A stretch of DNA of 64,000 nt from Okamejei kenojei (Eukaryota). The position numbers were made by a program, and so were the translations under genes. Of the stretch, positions 23,920 to 36,879 are shown in pieces; the stretch's first letter is position 1; each line of letters starts with the position of its first letter. The notes beneath the pieces were generated by a model, which saw only the letters and a list, made by a program, of their open reading frames with translations, ran no database searches and was not told where the DNA came from. The stretch covers positions 15,376,001 through 15,440,000 of the forward strand of contig CM069153.1 of NCBI GenBank assembly GCA_035221665.1. Direction: 5' to 3'.

Positions 23920-25134
23920 GTGTGTGCAGACGTGGCACCGACGGATGAGAGGCCAAAGCAAAGAAGTCGAAGCCAAAGAACGGAATGGAAATGAGGCCAA
24001 AACGACAATAAACTGCAAGAGACCGAAGATGAAACGCCTACTAACAGAAAGAATGAGGCTCTTAAATGCAAACTAACCGAAAGGGCGGGACGCCTAAAAC
24101 ACAAGTAACCAAAAAGATGCTTTCCCAAAAGCAAATGTAACGAATGGCTGCTCTGTCGAAACGCCACCGACCCGAAAGGCGGCGTTGCCTACAGGACTGA
24201 CAGCCGCTCAACAGAAAGTACAATAACGGACTTGTCGGCGTTTGGTCCAGATCCCTGCGTCCATCACATCACTGTGAAGGCATGAACATAGTCCCAAACT
24301 TCCGCTCCACCCGACCCGCAGCCCACGGAGGGTGGCCATGGGAGAGTGGGGGCTGTCTCAAGCGATGCACACATTCCGCCGCTTTCAACTTGGTGCTTGG
24401 GTTCAGATTGCCCAGTCACCTATGGCTTGTTGGGGAAAATGAACCCATGCTCTCATCTCCCCCTTTTCTCTCCCCTCTTTTCTCTCTCCTCCTCTCTCAC
24501 CACTCTTCTCTCTCTCCTCCTCTGCCCCTCCTCTCCCCCCTTCTCTCTCTCCCTTCCCTCTCCTCTTCCCTCCTCTCTCTCTCTTCTCTGTCTCCTCCTG
24601 TCTCTTCCCCTCCTCTCCTCTCTCTCCCTTCTCTCTCACTCCATTCTCTCTCTCCCCCCTTCTCTCCCTCTTCTCTCTCTCCTCTGTCTCCACCCACAGG
24701 AGCGTCCCACAGTCACCGACTGCGATGCACCGCCATCGGACCCCAACCTCCACACCAGGGGGATCTCCCTCCCCCTCCCTCCGACCGCGGTCAGTGACTG
24801 TGGGATGCTCCCGCAGGTGGAGATGGAGGAGAGAGAGAAAGGGGAGAGAAGGGGAGAGAGAGAAGGGAGAGAGGAGGGGGTGAGAGAAGGGTAGATGGCG
24901 CTTCGACAGAGCGGCCATTCGGTAAGTTTGCTTTTAGGCGACGCAGCTATTCGGTTCCTTGGGATTTAGGTGTCCCAAACTTTCAGTTAGTTTGCATTTA
25001 GGTGTCCCATCCTTTCGCTTAGTAGGCGTTTTGTCCGTACTCTTTCGGTTTATTGGCGTTTCGGCCTAATTTCCATCCCGTTCTTTGACTTTTTTGCTTC
25101 AGCTTCTTGTCTGTCGGCGCCACGTCCGGGTACC
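23920..25134. mobile_element. Non-autonomous DNA transposon with ~240-bp imperfect TIRs (Mutator/foldback-like; hAT not excluded)
   Basis: 23928-24167 and 24895-25128 are inverted copies. AGTTCCAT is duplicated at 23912-23919 and 25135-25142. No transposase ORF. Confidence 0.85.
24455..24892. repeat. CT-rich and GA-rich low-complexity tracts inside the TIR element
   Basis: Polypyrimidine 24455-24690 and polypurine 24820-24892 flank a short internal inverted repeat. Confidence 0.85.
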
Positions 25135-26799
25135 AGTTCCATTTACTAGTTCCTGATTGAAGTTACTCAAAGGAAAATTGATGTGCTTCTTGCTGGCTAC
25201 ATCTGTGCAAGAAAGCAGTCTTTATGTTGCTCATTTATTTGAGTCGTGTTTAAAATTACAGTGTCAAAACATCATTTCCACAGCATTTCTCCAAACACAA
25301 CTCCTCGATGAGTATTTCTCCTCTGCTTTTACTATTGAGAAAGACATGAAGACTGGGAAACTTGGGACATGGTGATGTCTTGAGGTCAATCCGTATTACG
25401 GTCGAGGAGGTGCTGGAAGTCCGAAGGCTTATGAAGGTAGATAATCTCCTGAGCCTGATCAGATACATCTGAGGAGACTATGGGATACTCGAAAATAAAT
25501 TGCAGGAGTCCTGGCTGAACCAGCATTAGCCACGGGTGAGGACTGAACGATGGCTAATGTTGTGCCTCTATTTAAGAAAATTGCAAGGAAAAGCCTGGGA
25601 ACTATGGAGCAGGGAGCTTATCGTCTCTGGTATGTAGATTATTGAAGATGATTCTGAGATATATATGCATTTGGATAGACACGTGCTGGTTAGGGATAGT
25701 CAGCATTTTTTGTACAAATCTAATTGTGTTTTTTTAAGACGTCTTCAAAAAGGCTGATGAGGTCAAAGCCAAAAAGGTTCAAGTTCAAATTTATAAGGTG
25801 CAGCGAAATGAATTTACCATACAGCGTTACAAATAAAAAAAGACATCATATACAACATAATTCAACACAGACATCCACCACAGCATTCTTCACTGAAAAA
25901 ATTCTCTATGGACTTCAGCAAGGTATTTGATAAGGTTGCGCATGGTAGGATGCTCTGGAAGATTCGATCGCATGGGACCCAAGGAGAGCTAGCCAAAGGA
26001 AGGAGAGGGTGATGGTGGAAGGCTGTTTTTTTGGACTGGATGCCTGCTTCCCACGGTGTGCCTCGGGGATCAGTGCTGGGCGGATTGCTGATTGTGGTTT
26101 ATATCAACGACTTGGATGACAATGTGGAAGGCAAGATTAGTACGTTTGTAGATGACACCAAAGTGGGTGGTATCATAGATAGCTAAGATGCTTATCAAAA
26201 ATGACAACTGGATCTTGATAATCCAGGCAAGTGGACTGAGTGGATTTTAATGTAGATAATTGCCACGTGTTGCATTTTAGAACCCAAACCAGGCAGGAAC
26301 TGCAGAGTGACAGAACTCTGGAGATTGTTGTAGAGTACAGGGGCCCAGGTACATAGATCCCTGAAAGTAGCATCACTGGTGGATAGGATATTCGGGAAGG
26401 CTTTTGGTACATTGGCCTTCATCTGTCGGGATATTGAGTATAGAAATTGGAATGGTATGTTACTGTTGTACAAGATGTTGGTAAGGTTGCATTTTGAGTA
26501 TTGTGTTCAGTTTTGGGCACCCTGTTATAGGAATGATATAGGTGGAAGCTACAACAGTGCAGAGAAGATCCACAATGATACTGCCAAGACTTGAGGACCT
26601 AAGCTACAGGTAAAGGTTGGGCAGGCTAGGACTTCATTCCTTGGAACGCAAGAGGCTGAGGGGTGATCATATGGAGGTGCGTAAAATCATGAGGGGAGTA
26701 GGTCCCTTACCCAGAATGAAGAAAGGTACACGTGACAATAAAGGACCACTGAACCATTGAACCATTGAACCTTGGTTTAAGTTGAAAGGCGAAAGATTT

Positions 26800-28516
26800 A
26801 ATAGTAAGATTAAATGAGAACTTACCAGTTTGAAGTTTGATCTTTATTTTATGAGGAGTTACGTTGAGGGATTACGTGACGAAGACCCCGTCAGGCCGCA
26901 TGCACGTCAATCTTCAAAGCAGTGGTATGAAATCACAGGCAACTAATTTAAGTATAATAGTAAGAGCAGAAACCTAGAACTACCAGATGACCTTTGTGAG
27001 AGAGGGTTGGGCATGGAGGGCACGTAATCCCTCAACTTAACTCCTCATAAAATAACGATCAAACTTCAAACTGGTAAGTTCTTGTTTAATCTTACTATTT
27101 TACTTCGGAGTCACGTGACTGACTACGTGAAGATTTCAAAGCTCTGTGATTTCATGCTGCAGATTCAAATCCAGGTGTCTCACTGCATCGATTGACTAAG
27201 AATGAGGAAAGAATCAATAATGCATTAAACCATGATATTGATTTTAAATGTAATAATGGTTTAATTTTTAAAGAAAACAATAGCAACCCCTCTGTCCCAG
27301 GGTAAACTATAAAACTGAACTTAAAACAGAACGGGCAAATACCCCAGGTTCAGCAAGTGGTTTGTGATAATATTGCTGATAATATTGTCCGCTCACTTGA
27401 CCACCCTGTGGCCATGAGGATATGGTCTATAGGGATGTCTATTGCCTTGGCCGCTGACGTTGACACCGCCCTGGTGGAATGAGATTTTAAAATGTCAGTG
27501 TCAATACCTGCATAAGCCAGAACCTGCTTTAGCCACCTTGAAATAGTCTGAACCGACACTTTACTATGTATTTTTGTGTGGCTAATCAATAATGTTGAAT
27601 CCGCACATCTTAGGGTGCTGGTGGCCTTGATGTAACCCAATAAGTGTGAGACCACACATAGGCTTGAATCCGTAGGGTATGCCGAAAAGGTAATCCTAAA
27701 CCCTGTCACACCCGGTCTGCTCTGTTTGAGTAGATCGTAGATGGAAAATGTAATGGCATCTGTAGATACTTCCATCCTGTCGAGTCGCAGTTTTTGTAAT
27801 GTCTGCACCCATTGTGCCGAAACCAGTGCCATGAGCATGACTACCTTCATGGAGAGTTTGGCCAAACACAGGGCTGTGATAGGAGTCCATTGACAAAGGA
27901 ACATCCCAGATTGTCGAATATCTGGGCCTGGGAGGATTGGAATTAAAAATCCCCTTCATAAATCTAGAGATGAGAGGGTGTGAACCCACAGAATATCGTT
28001 CCGATCCCATCCATAAATATGAAGACAGGGCACTTCTGGTCGTATTGATCGCACTATAGCTTAATTGTTGATCGAAAAAGAGGGTTGATAGGAACTCTAG
28101 TACGTCGGAGATGCCTGCTGTGTAATATGAAATATTTTGCCGGAAGCAGAACACGTCCCATTTCCTTATATAAGAGATGTACTGCTTCTGGGTATTATCC
28201 CTCCAGGCCGCAGTAAGAACATCCACAGTGTGGTCCGATAGTCCTCTCCCCAGGTATGACCTCCTTAGAATCTGCACCAACAGATTGATACAATCATATA
28301 AAGGGTGTTGAGCAACTTGCTCCTCACACACAAGCCTGCAAAAAAAAGCGACCTCCAACCAAGCGTTTCACTTACCTTGGGGTTTTTAAACTTACCGCTG
28401 GAGGAGCTGTGCTCCTCCTAACCGGTGGCTGCACCAGTGCGTTTGACGTTAATGACGCGCATGCGGCCTAACGGGGTCTTCTTCACGTAGTCACTCACTT
28501 GACTCCGAAGTAAAAT
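26800..28516 (-). mobile_element. DIRS1-type element C, 1.7-kb internally deleted derivative (ITRs, ICR and YR only)
   Basis: Left ITR 28516-28450, ICR ~27022-27133, right ITR plus extension ~26800-26915. YR ORFs 27696-28358 and 27350-27904. No gag/RT/RH. Confidence 0.93.
27350..28300 (-). pseudogene. DIRS tyrosine recombinase (frameshifted)
   Basis: AWRDNTQKQY..YIRKW, LSYSAINT.RSALS, GSHPLISRFMKGIFN..PPRPRY..IWDV, then after a frameshift LMALVSAQW, LKQSRPG, LCVV, SHSTRA, GWS. The catalytic Arg position reads Trp and the terminal Tyr is not evident. Confidence 0.92.
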
Positions 28517-29594
28517 GGGAATCTGAGGGGCAACCTTTTGACAGGATGGTGGTTATAAGGAATGAGCTGTCAGAGGAGGTAGTTTAGGCAGGTACTGTAA
28601 TGACATTTAAAAAACATTTGGGCAGGTACATGTATGTGAAAGGTTTAGAGGAATATGGGCCAAATGCCGGCAGGCGGGGCTAGCGTAAAATGGGCATCTC
28701 TCCAAGTTGGGCCGAAGTGGCTCTTCCAGTGTTGTATGACTGTGTTTGGGAGGAATAGTTGCAATGGGCGCGAGGGACTTTACTGATTGAGGAACTGAGC
28801 ACCCCGCTGCTCATCAACTGAAAGACCATGGCTTCCGGAAGTTTAACAAATACCACAACCATCTTCCTTTGTGCAAGGTACTATTGTAACCAGTAACAGA
28901 GCTACAGAAGTTAATTTAGATGGGGGTCTTCAAAATCCATAATAAGTATGACTTGGTAGAACCTTCCATGTGCAGAGCTGGCTGAGGCCTGAAGGACTCA
29001 ACTGCCTGGCTGGGTCAGAGTTGGGCAGTGAGTGAACCAAAGGAGAGATAATTCACTTGACCCCACCCTTTCCATTCACCCTATTGCTGACACATCTACC
29101 CATAACTCTATGGACAGGAGTAGATATAGCCGAGAGATATAAAAAAGATTGTAAATGGTAGTGAAGATTGGTTTCCACGCTTTGGATGGGGATGGTGATG
29201 AAGTGCACCCATCATCAGCTGTTTCATTTATGGCCTTCCAGCATAACAATAGGAAATAGAGACAATAATATTACCTATTGACAACTATCTGACATTCAAT
29301 TCTATTGCAAAGGAAGCAACCTCATCCCAATGGCATGCTACAACTTCTGAACAACATTCAAGCTAGGACAGTAAGTTGTACGTAACATTTGTGCCACACA
29401 GGTTCTGCAATGACGATCTCCATCAAGAGGAACTCTGACCAACCTCCCTTCATATCCAGTGGCAGAACTATCACTGAATCCTCTACCATAAACATTACTG
29501 GATGACAACCTTGACTGGAAATGTTAAGTGACCAGCCACAAATACTATGGCAACAAGAGTAGATCAGGAACCATGTGATTTGCAGCGAGCGATT

Positions 29595-29842
29595 GTGTAG
29601 GAAGGAACTGCAGATGCTGGTTTAAACCAAAGATAGACACAAAAAGCTGGAGTAACTCAGTGGGACAGGCAGCATCTCTGGAGAGAAGGAATGGGTGATG
29701 TTTTGGGTCGAGGCCCTTCTTCAGATTAGTTTGGGAATTTACAATCTTTTTCCCTTAACTAGTCAATCTGAAACGTCACGTATTCCTTCTCTCCAGAGAT
29801 GCTGCCTGTCCCGCTGAGTTACCCCAGCTTTTTGTGTTTATC
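29595..29842. mobile_element. Inverted pair of PLE tail units inserted as one unit with a 14-bp TSD
   Basis: Minus copy 29595-29725 and plus copy 29768-29842, flanked by tgcagcgagcgatt (29581-94) and tgcagtgagagatt (29843-56). Confidence 0.85.
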
Positions 29843-30184
29843 TGCAGTGAGAGATTCGTCTCCTGACTCCCTAAAGTGTTTCTATTGTCTACAAGGCGTG
29901 TGTTGGATAAAGTACTCTCCACATGCCTGGATCAGTGAACCTCTAGCTATAATCAGATAGCTCAACCAAGGCAAAGGTTGATTGGTTGGCATCCCACCAT
30001 CGTAAATAAACACTCCCACCATCAGAAGACCACGGGTCTGCAGTTTGTGCTAAATACAAATTCCACTGCAGCAACTCATCAAACCTTGTTCATCAGCATA
30101 TTTCTACCTCTATCACCTCAAGCAACTAGAAAGACGTATGGGCATGTCACCACTTAAGATTGTTCCTTGTTGTCATGCACAATA

Positions 30185-31245
30185 CCAAGAGTAGGGATTA
30201 ACGGGTCTCTTTCAGAATGGCAGGCAATGACTAGTGGGGTACCGCAAGGCTTGGTTCTGGGACCGCAGCTATTTACAATATATATTAATGATTTACATGA
30301 AGGGATTAAAAGTAACATTAGCAAATTTGCCGATGACACAAAGCTGGGTGGCAGTGTTAACCATGAGGAGGATGCTATGAGAATGCAGGGTGACTTGGAC
30401 AGGTTGAGTGAGTGGGCAGATGCATGGCAGGTGCAGTTTAATGTGGATAAATGTGAGGTTATCCACTTTGGTGGCAAGAACAGGAAGGCAGATTATTATC
30501 TGAATGGTATCATGTTAAGAAAAGGGGAAGTACAACGAGATCTGGGTGTCACTGAAAGTAAACAGGCAGGTACAGCAGGCAGTGAAGAAAGCTAATGGTA
30601 TATTGGCCTTCATAACAAGAGGAATTGAGTATAGGAGCAAAGAGGTCCTTCTGCAGTTGTACAGGGCCCTGGTGTTTCCACACCTGGAGTATTGTGTGGA
30701 GTTATGGTCTCCAGATTTGTGGATGGACATTCTTGCCGTTGAGGGAGTGCAGCGTAGGTTCACCAGGTTAATTCCCGGGTTGGCGGGACTGTCACATATT
30801 GAAAGAATGGAGCGACTGGGCTTGTATATACTGGAATTTAGAAGGATGAGAGGGATCTTATTGAAACATATAAAATTATTAGGGGGTTGGACACGCAAGA
30901 GGCAGGAAACATGTTCCCGATGTCAGGGGAGTCCAGAACCAGGGACCACAGTTTAAGAATAAGGGGTAGACCAATTAGAATGGAGATGAGGAAAAACTTT
31001 TTGTCACCCAGAGAGTTGTGAATCTGGAATTCTCTGCCTCAGAAGGCAGTGGAGGCCGATTCTCTGGATGCTTTCAAGAGAGAGTTAGACAGAGCTCTTA
31101 AAGATAGCGGAGTTAAGTGATATGGGGAGAAGGCAGGAACAGGATACTGATTGTGGATGATCAGCGATGATCACAGTGAATGGCGGTGCTGGCTCGTAGG
31201 GCTGAATGGCCTACTCCTGCACCTATTGTCTACTGTCTGTTGTCT
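30185..31245 (+). mobile_element. CR1 (HER1-like) LINE, 5'-truncated RT and 3' end
   Basis: SGVPQGLVLGPQLFTIYINDL, KFADDTKL, FNVDKCEVIHFG and HLEYCVELWSP, with the same 3' UTR as 18235-18660. Confidence 0.95.
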
Positions 31246-31402
31246 CTTGTCCTGACCTGCAACTATCACCACTTCACTGTCGCCAAGATGAAGCTTAGTA
31301 ACACCACACACAACAGCACTACCATGGTTGACTACCTAGGCTAACCCTAATACATTCTCAAGGACATATAGGATTTCGCCACAAATGATGGTGTTTTGAG
31401 TG

Positions 31403-31775
31403 ATTAGATTAGATTAGTTTAGATTACCTTTATTGTCATTCAGACCTTTCGGTCTGAACAAAATTTCGTGCCTGCAGTCATACATATAATAAAAGTAACA
31501 AAAACACACAATAAACACAAATTTAACATCCACCACAGTGAGTTAACCAAACACCTCCTCACTGTGATGGAAGGCAAAAGTCTTAGTCTTTGTCTCTTCC
31601 CTCCTTGTTCTCCCTCTGCGCTGAGGCGATCCAGGCCGCCGATGTTGTTGGTAACGCCGAAACGCCACAGCACCAAAGTCAGGCCACAGCTCCAAGTCGG
31701 GCCACTGCCGCTACCGGAACGCCAGAGTGCCGCCACAGCTCCAAGTCGGGCCACACTCCAAGTCGGGCGCTGTCC
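31403..31775 (-). mobile_element. Rex1/Babar-type LINE 3' tail with short internal tandem repeats
   Basis: (attag)n tail, tttattgtcatt, catccaccacagtga..ctcactgtgatggaaggc (shared with 46465-46720), and repeated gccacagctccaagtcgggccac. Confidence 0.6.
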
Positions 31776-34422
31776 ACCTTTAAGAAATCCATAAAAATAT
31801 CGATACTATTTTGAAAATTGTTTAGTGCTAACATCAAATATACTCTTGTCACAAAATTTTGTGCACTAATGTGTCCACATTCCCTATGATTTCGTGCACC
31901 TTAAATAGATACTAATTTCATGATTTGCTCAGAAGAAAGTTAATTTGTATCACATCATCGATCCTTATAATATAAATCTACATGTCCTGCAGTTATTTAC
32001 ATAAAAAAAATGACAGGACACCTTACAATATTCATGCACCAGTCATCATCCTTGTGTATTAATGAACCATTAACTAACTCATGTGACAAATATACATGCA
32101 ATAAAACCGTATCAACGAATAAGAAAACTGTTATCGACAGAGGGAAGGTGAACAATATCGATATTTTGCAGAGATTATCATTTGTGTCCTTTAAAAAATA
32201 CATTTCCTGTCCACTGAACAATTGTGTTTCTGGTCTACTCAGAAGCTTTTAGCTATAGCCTTCTGCTGTGGGAAGAAGTAAAACTGGGATGAGATGACAC
32301 CGTGAAGAACACCTTGGTGGTATTGATGTGATCAAATGTTAGTAAAATATACGTTTACTGCTCACAGTCACTTCTACTTCCAGCGTATTTGTAACACTTA
32401 CAATGGGTCCTTTTGTGATACTAAATTTTATTTTTAAATCAGACTTTATTGTGCTCATCAATCACTGATGCTCGCTTACATTATCATAAACCTCATAAAA
32501 TTCTCTGCTGTGCACTCTGTTCCTCAATAAATAGAGAGTGCAAGTCATATTCTTTACTCAATTATGCTCTGAGTTTCAGCTTCACCTTCTCTTATGGATT
32601 CAATATAATTCACCTCAAACATACCTTGGGAAATATCATCTGATTATGATCTAACTGTTTTTTTTTAAATCGACTAGCCTTTGAAGAAGATGGAGTGAAT
32701 GAGTGAATGATACTAGAAATAACACTAGAGCAATGTTATTATAATATTATCTTAATGGAAAACATAGCTCTGTTGATTAAAATAAAAGTAGGCCGAATTT
32801 GAAGAGTTTACTGATGATCAATCTCCAGCCAATTTTAAGGAACATAATGGAAGATTGTCTGGGAAATAAAATAGGTTGAGGACCCCACATACCTTTGAAA
32901 AGAATGCTGATCAAAGAGTACCAACAGACATTCAATTATTTTACTTTAACTCCTCAGCAAATAATTGTCTGAAGATTTACTATTCTTCCTCAAAAGATGT
33001 TAAAACACAATGTGCTTTACTGAATGATTTTACATCATTTGGTTGAGTTCCTATGAGAAAAGATGTGCATAAATATTGCCCAATTATAAAGGATCTAACA
33101 AGGAGGAATAACATACATGTCTTCTTCTAACACGTGAATGTTATCATCTGAACAACTGATGTTAGACAGTTCGTGTCATCACGATATGAAGGCATTGGAA
33201 TACGCCGTAACCAACAGGAAGCCATGTTTGTATTATTGGATTTGTCGGTTAATTAGCCTCTGTAACATTGCTCCTTGTCTGTAGGGAGTCAATGGAAAAG
33301 TGGCAAAACAGAGAACTGGTGTGAACGGGCGATTGATGGTCAGCATGGACTCGGTGGGCCAAAGGACTTGTTTCCATGTTGTATCTCTAAACGAAACAAG
33401 TTGTTTTCAACAGGGCATCAAAGTTCACGACAGGAATTGGATCGAACAGCTTGAAGAAATAGAGAGAATAAGAAGTGTTTCAGAACTATCCATTTAAGAT
33501 GTATGTGCTTGCAAATGTTGGCATTATCCACTGTCTCCTCGAGATGTGTAGCAACAATACGGGGTCACACATAAACAAACATTAAATCGTTGTTATCATA
33601 ACGGTCAGTTCCTAAACATTGAACATTTATTTAGTGGATATTTTTATCCAGTGCTTTGGTGCTTGGAATTGAATTGAATACTTTATTGCCACATGTGAGA
33701 AATCACAGTGTAATTCTTTGCTTGGATAACCAAGGTATGCAAATAGTCGCCACATGAAGTGCGCTGACAAAGTTACAAGGTATCCCACGCCAGGTCCACC
33801 CTTGTTCTCCCTCCACCCCCCTCATGGCGGTCCTCACATGCTGGGTCCTTCTGTGTTCCCGGTGGCAGTCCTCCGACTCACACTATCTTCGACTACTGTC
33901 GCCTTTATCGACCGCCGCACCGACCTATTCGACAAAGATCATTGGGTCCCCTTGCATGGCATTGACCCAGGCCCCAACTACAGGCTCCGTCGACCCAGGG
34001 GCCTTCGGCGAAGCTCGACGACCTGCGAGTCTCTGACTCCGACTGATAAATTAATCTATGTTTGAGGTTGTTACCATATATTACTTAATGTCATCAAGTC
34101 TGTAATTCCAGTACTGATTTCATGAGCAAATGACATCCTGCTGAATGGCAAAATAGAGTTGGTAAACTCCTCATTCAAAGAAGTGATGATATCAGCATCC
34201 TGAAGCTGATTGGAATCAACCTCCAGCTGGCAATCTCATACCACATTCTCACCGGGTTTCCTGCTTCATGGTGATTTTATATGTTGTAACCAGAGGATTA
34301 AATGTAACTTGCATTCATCTGAAAAAACTCCTTGCAGTTTGTTGCGTCACACCCAGTAATTGCTTTTTTAATCATCATGTCTATGGAACTGGTGTGTTAT
34401 AATGCTGACAACTATATTCTGC

Positions 34423-35844
34423 AGGGTACACAAAAGCTGGAGAAACTCAGCGGGTGCAGCAGCATCTAAGGAGCGAAGGAGATAGGCGACGTTTTGGGTC
34501 AAGACACTTCTTCAGACTGGTCAGGGATCAGGGAAACGAGAGATATAGACGGTGATGTGGAGAGATAAAGAACAATGATTGAAAGATATGCAAAAAGGTA
34601 TCGATGATAAAGGAAACAAGCCATTGTAAGCTGTTTGTAGTGTGAAAATGAGGAGCTAGTGCGACTAGAGTGGGGGAGAGATAGAGAGAGAGGGAATGCC
34701 AGGGCCCGAGGGCTGAGGGAGAGGTGGGAAGGGGAGGAGACAGCAAGGGTTAACAGAATTGAGAAAATTCAATGTTCAAGCCCAGAGGATGCAGACTCCC
34801 CAAGCGGAATATGAGGTGCGGTTCCTCCAACTTGCGGTGTTGCTCACTCTGGCCGTGGAGGAGGCCCAGGACCGAGAGGTCGGATACGGAATCGGAGGGA
34901 GAGTTGAAGTGCTGAGCCACCGGGAGGTCGGGTTGGTTATTGCGGACCGAGCGGAGGTGTTCGGCGAAACGATCATCCAAGCCTCCGCTTGGTCTCACCA
35001 ATGTAGATAATCTGGCATCTGGAGCAGCGGATGCAGTAGATGAGGTTGGAGGAGGTGCAGGTGAATCTCTGTTGCACCTGGAAGGACTGCTTGGGTCCCT
35101 GAAAGGTGAGGAGGGGGGAGGTGAAGGGACAAGTGTAGCATTTCTTGCGGTTGCAAGGGAAAGTGCCCGGGAGGGAAGGGAAGAGCGGGAGGGAAGGGAA
35201 GAATTGACAAGGGAGTTGCAGAGGGAGCGGTCTTTGCGGAAGGCAGACGGGGGGAGATGGGAAGATGTGGCGAGTGGAGGGGTCACGTTGGAGGTGGCGA
35301 AACTGGCGGAGGACTGTGTATTGTATTTGCCGGCTGGTGGGGTGAAAGGTGAGGACCAGGGGGACTCTGCCCTTGTTGCCAGTGGGGGAATGGGGAGAGA
35401 GGGCAGTGTTGCGGGGTATGGAGGAGACCCTGGTGCGAGCCTCATCAATAGTGGGGGAGGGGAATCCCCGTTCTCTGAAGATTGAGGACATTTGTGATGA
35501 CCTGGTGTGGAACACCTCATCCTGGGAGCAGATGCGGCATAGACGGAGGAATTGGGAATAGGGGATGGAGTCCTTACAGGAAGCAGGGTGGGAGGAAGAG
35601 TAGCCCAGGTAGCTGTGGGAGTCAGTTGGTTTGTAGTGGATGTCGGTCAGGAGTGTATCACCTGCAATAGAGATGGTGAGGTCAAGGAATGGTAGGGAAA
35701 TGTCGGAAATGGTCCAAGTGTATTTGAGTGCCGGATGGAAGTTGAAGGTGAAATGGATGCTTCCATCCATTTCACCACCAACTTCCATCCGGCACTCAAA
35801 TACACTTGGACCATTTCCGACATTTCCCTACCATTCCTTGACCT
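34423..35844 (-). mobile_element. Penelope-like element, 5'-truncated (RT C-terminus, GIY-YIG endonuclease, terminal repeat) with inverted 5' end
   Basis: ORF 34973-35788: FHPALKYT, LPFLDL, YKPTDSHSYL..SSHP, FTCTSSNLIYCIRC..YIGETKR. After a frameshift: RFAEHL, VAQHFN, RKLEE.HLIF.LG..P.GLN. Tail with hammerhead-like motif at ~34485-34515. Confidence 0.95.
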
Positions 35845-36879
35845 TCTTCCCATTTGCTCTACCTATTGTACTTGAATTTGACATGATTGTATTTATGTAC
35901 AGCATTATCTGATCTGACTAGATAGCATGCAAATCAAAATTTTAACTGTATTTTGGTACACATGACAGGAATAAATCTAAACCTAAACAATTTCTTTTTT
36001 TTCTCTCTCATATTTTCTCACTGTCATTATCTTTTGAAGAAAGAATGAGCTTCCTTGGTCAGTTACACATTTCACTGAAAGTGGCATTATTATGTGTGAA
36101 CTGCACAGAGAGCTTGCTTGCTTTTAATGCCAAAGCTTCATCTTGCAGTATAGTTTAGTTAAGAGATATTGATGGAATTATTCAGTAGTCGGATAAACCT
36201 GGAACTTGCTCAATTTACTTTTGAAATAAGGCAAACACTCTTTCAATTATATCACTGGCAACATGACAGCTAGGCTCTGCCATGATTTTATTGAATGGCA
36301 GAGAAGCCACAAGGTACCGAATGGCCTGCATCTGCTTCTGTCTCTTGCACCCCGATGTTCTAACCTGCTATCCCATTTTGCAGTAAATCTCTGGTCATCC
36401 GTAACACCTCCATCTTAACTAATCCACATTAAATCCTACACCTCCACTTCCTCCAATTGACAATATCTCATGTTTGCCCTGTTTCTCAATATCAGTATTG
36501 TATTCTGCAAAACACATCTTCAAAGTTCTCATCCATCATGACTTTGGTCAAATGACCTCAACTGAACAATACGGCGGAAATGATATAATGTAACAACCAC
36601 TCCATAACCATTATGTTAGTGAGCTATCACAGTTGTTCATTACATTCTCCAGCACATCTAGTCTATAGTGCTGTGATGTGGAGAGACAGCTGATTGGACC
36701 AATCTGGGCTTAAGAGTTCGTCCACAGGTGACAGATGTAGGGATGCTGTAGCTTCAGTGGTTCTAGATTTTCTACATTCCCTTTTCCTTCATTCTAGCTT
36801 CCTCATAGGAACGAGCACCAGTTTTTATGTGTGTACATCAAACTGGACAATCCAATGCTCATTGTTCCTAATTTAATTT

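Larger units (their letters stand above)
25305..28742 (+). mobile_element. CR1 LINE ORF2/3' end (degenerate), interrupted by DIRS C and two short LINE-tail insertions
   Basis: RT motifs (gacttcagcaaggtatttgataaggt = DFSK.FDKV; gtgcctcggggatcagtgctggg; gatgacacc) and HFEYCVQFWAP. The sequence resumes after 28516 with ggaatctgaggggcaac. Confidence 0.9.

Noticed and set aside
24282-24918. Overlapping 170-180-aa ORFs rich in S/L/P or E/R/G
   Set aside because: They are translations of CT/GA low-complexity tracts inside a non-autonomous transposon.
27350-28358. Phage integrase, prophage or domesticated recombinase gene
   Set aside because: It is bounded by DIRS ITRs and ICR, frameshifted, and has altered catalytic residues. 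It is a retrotransposon YR remnant.
34750-35520. 256-aa and antisense 181-aa ORFs as separate genes
   Set aside because: They are alternative frames or the antisense of the frameshifted Penelope ORF. Only the C-terminal part of the 256-aa ORF is real GIY-YIG sequence.
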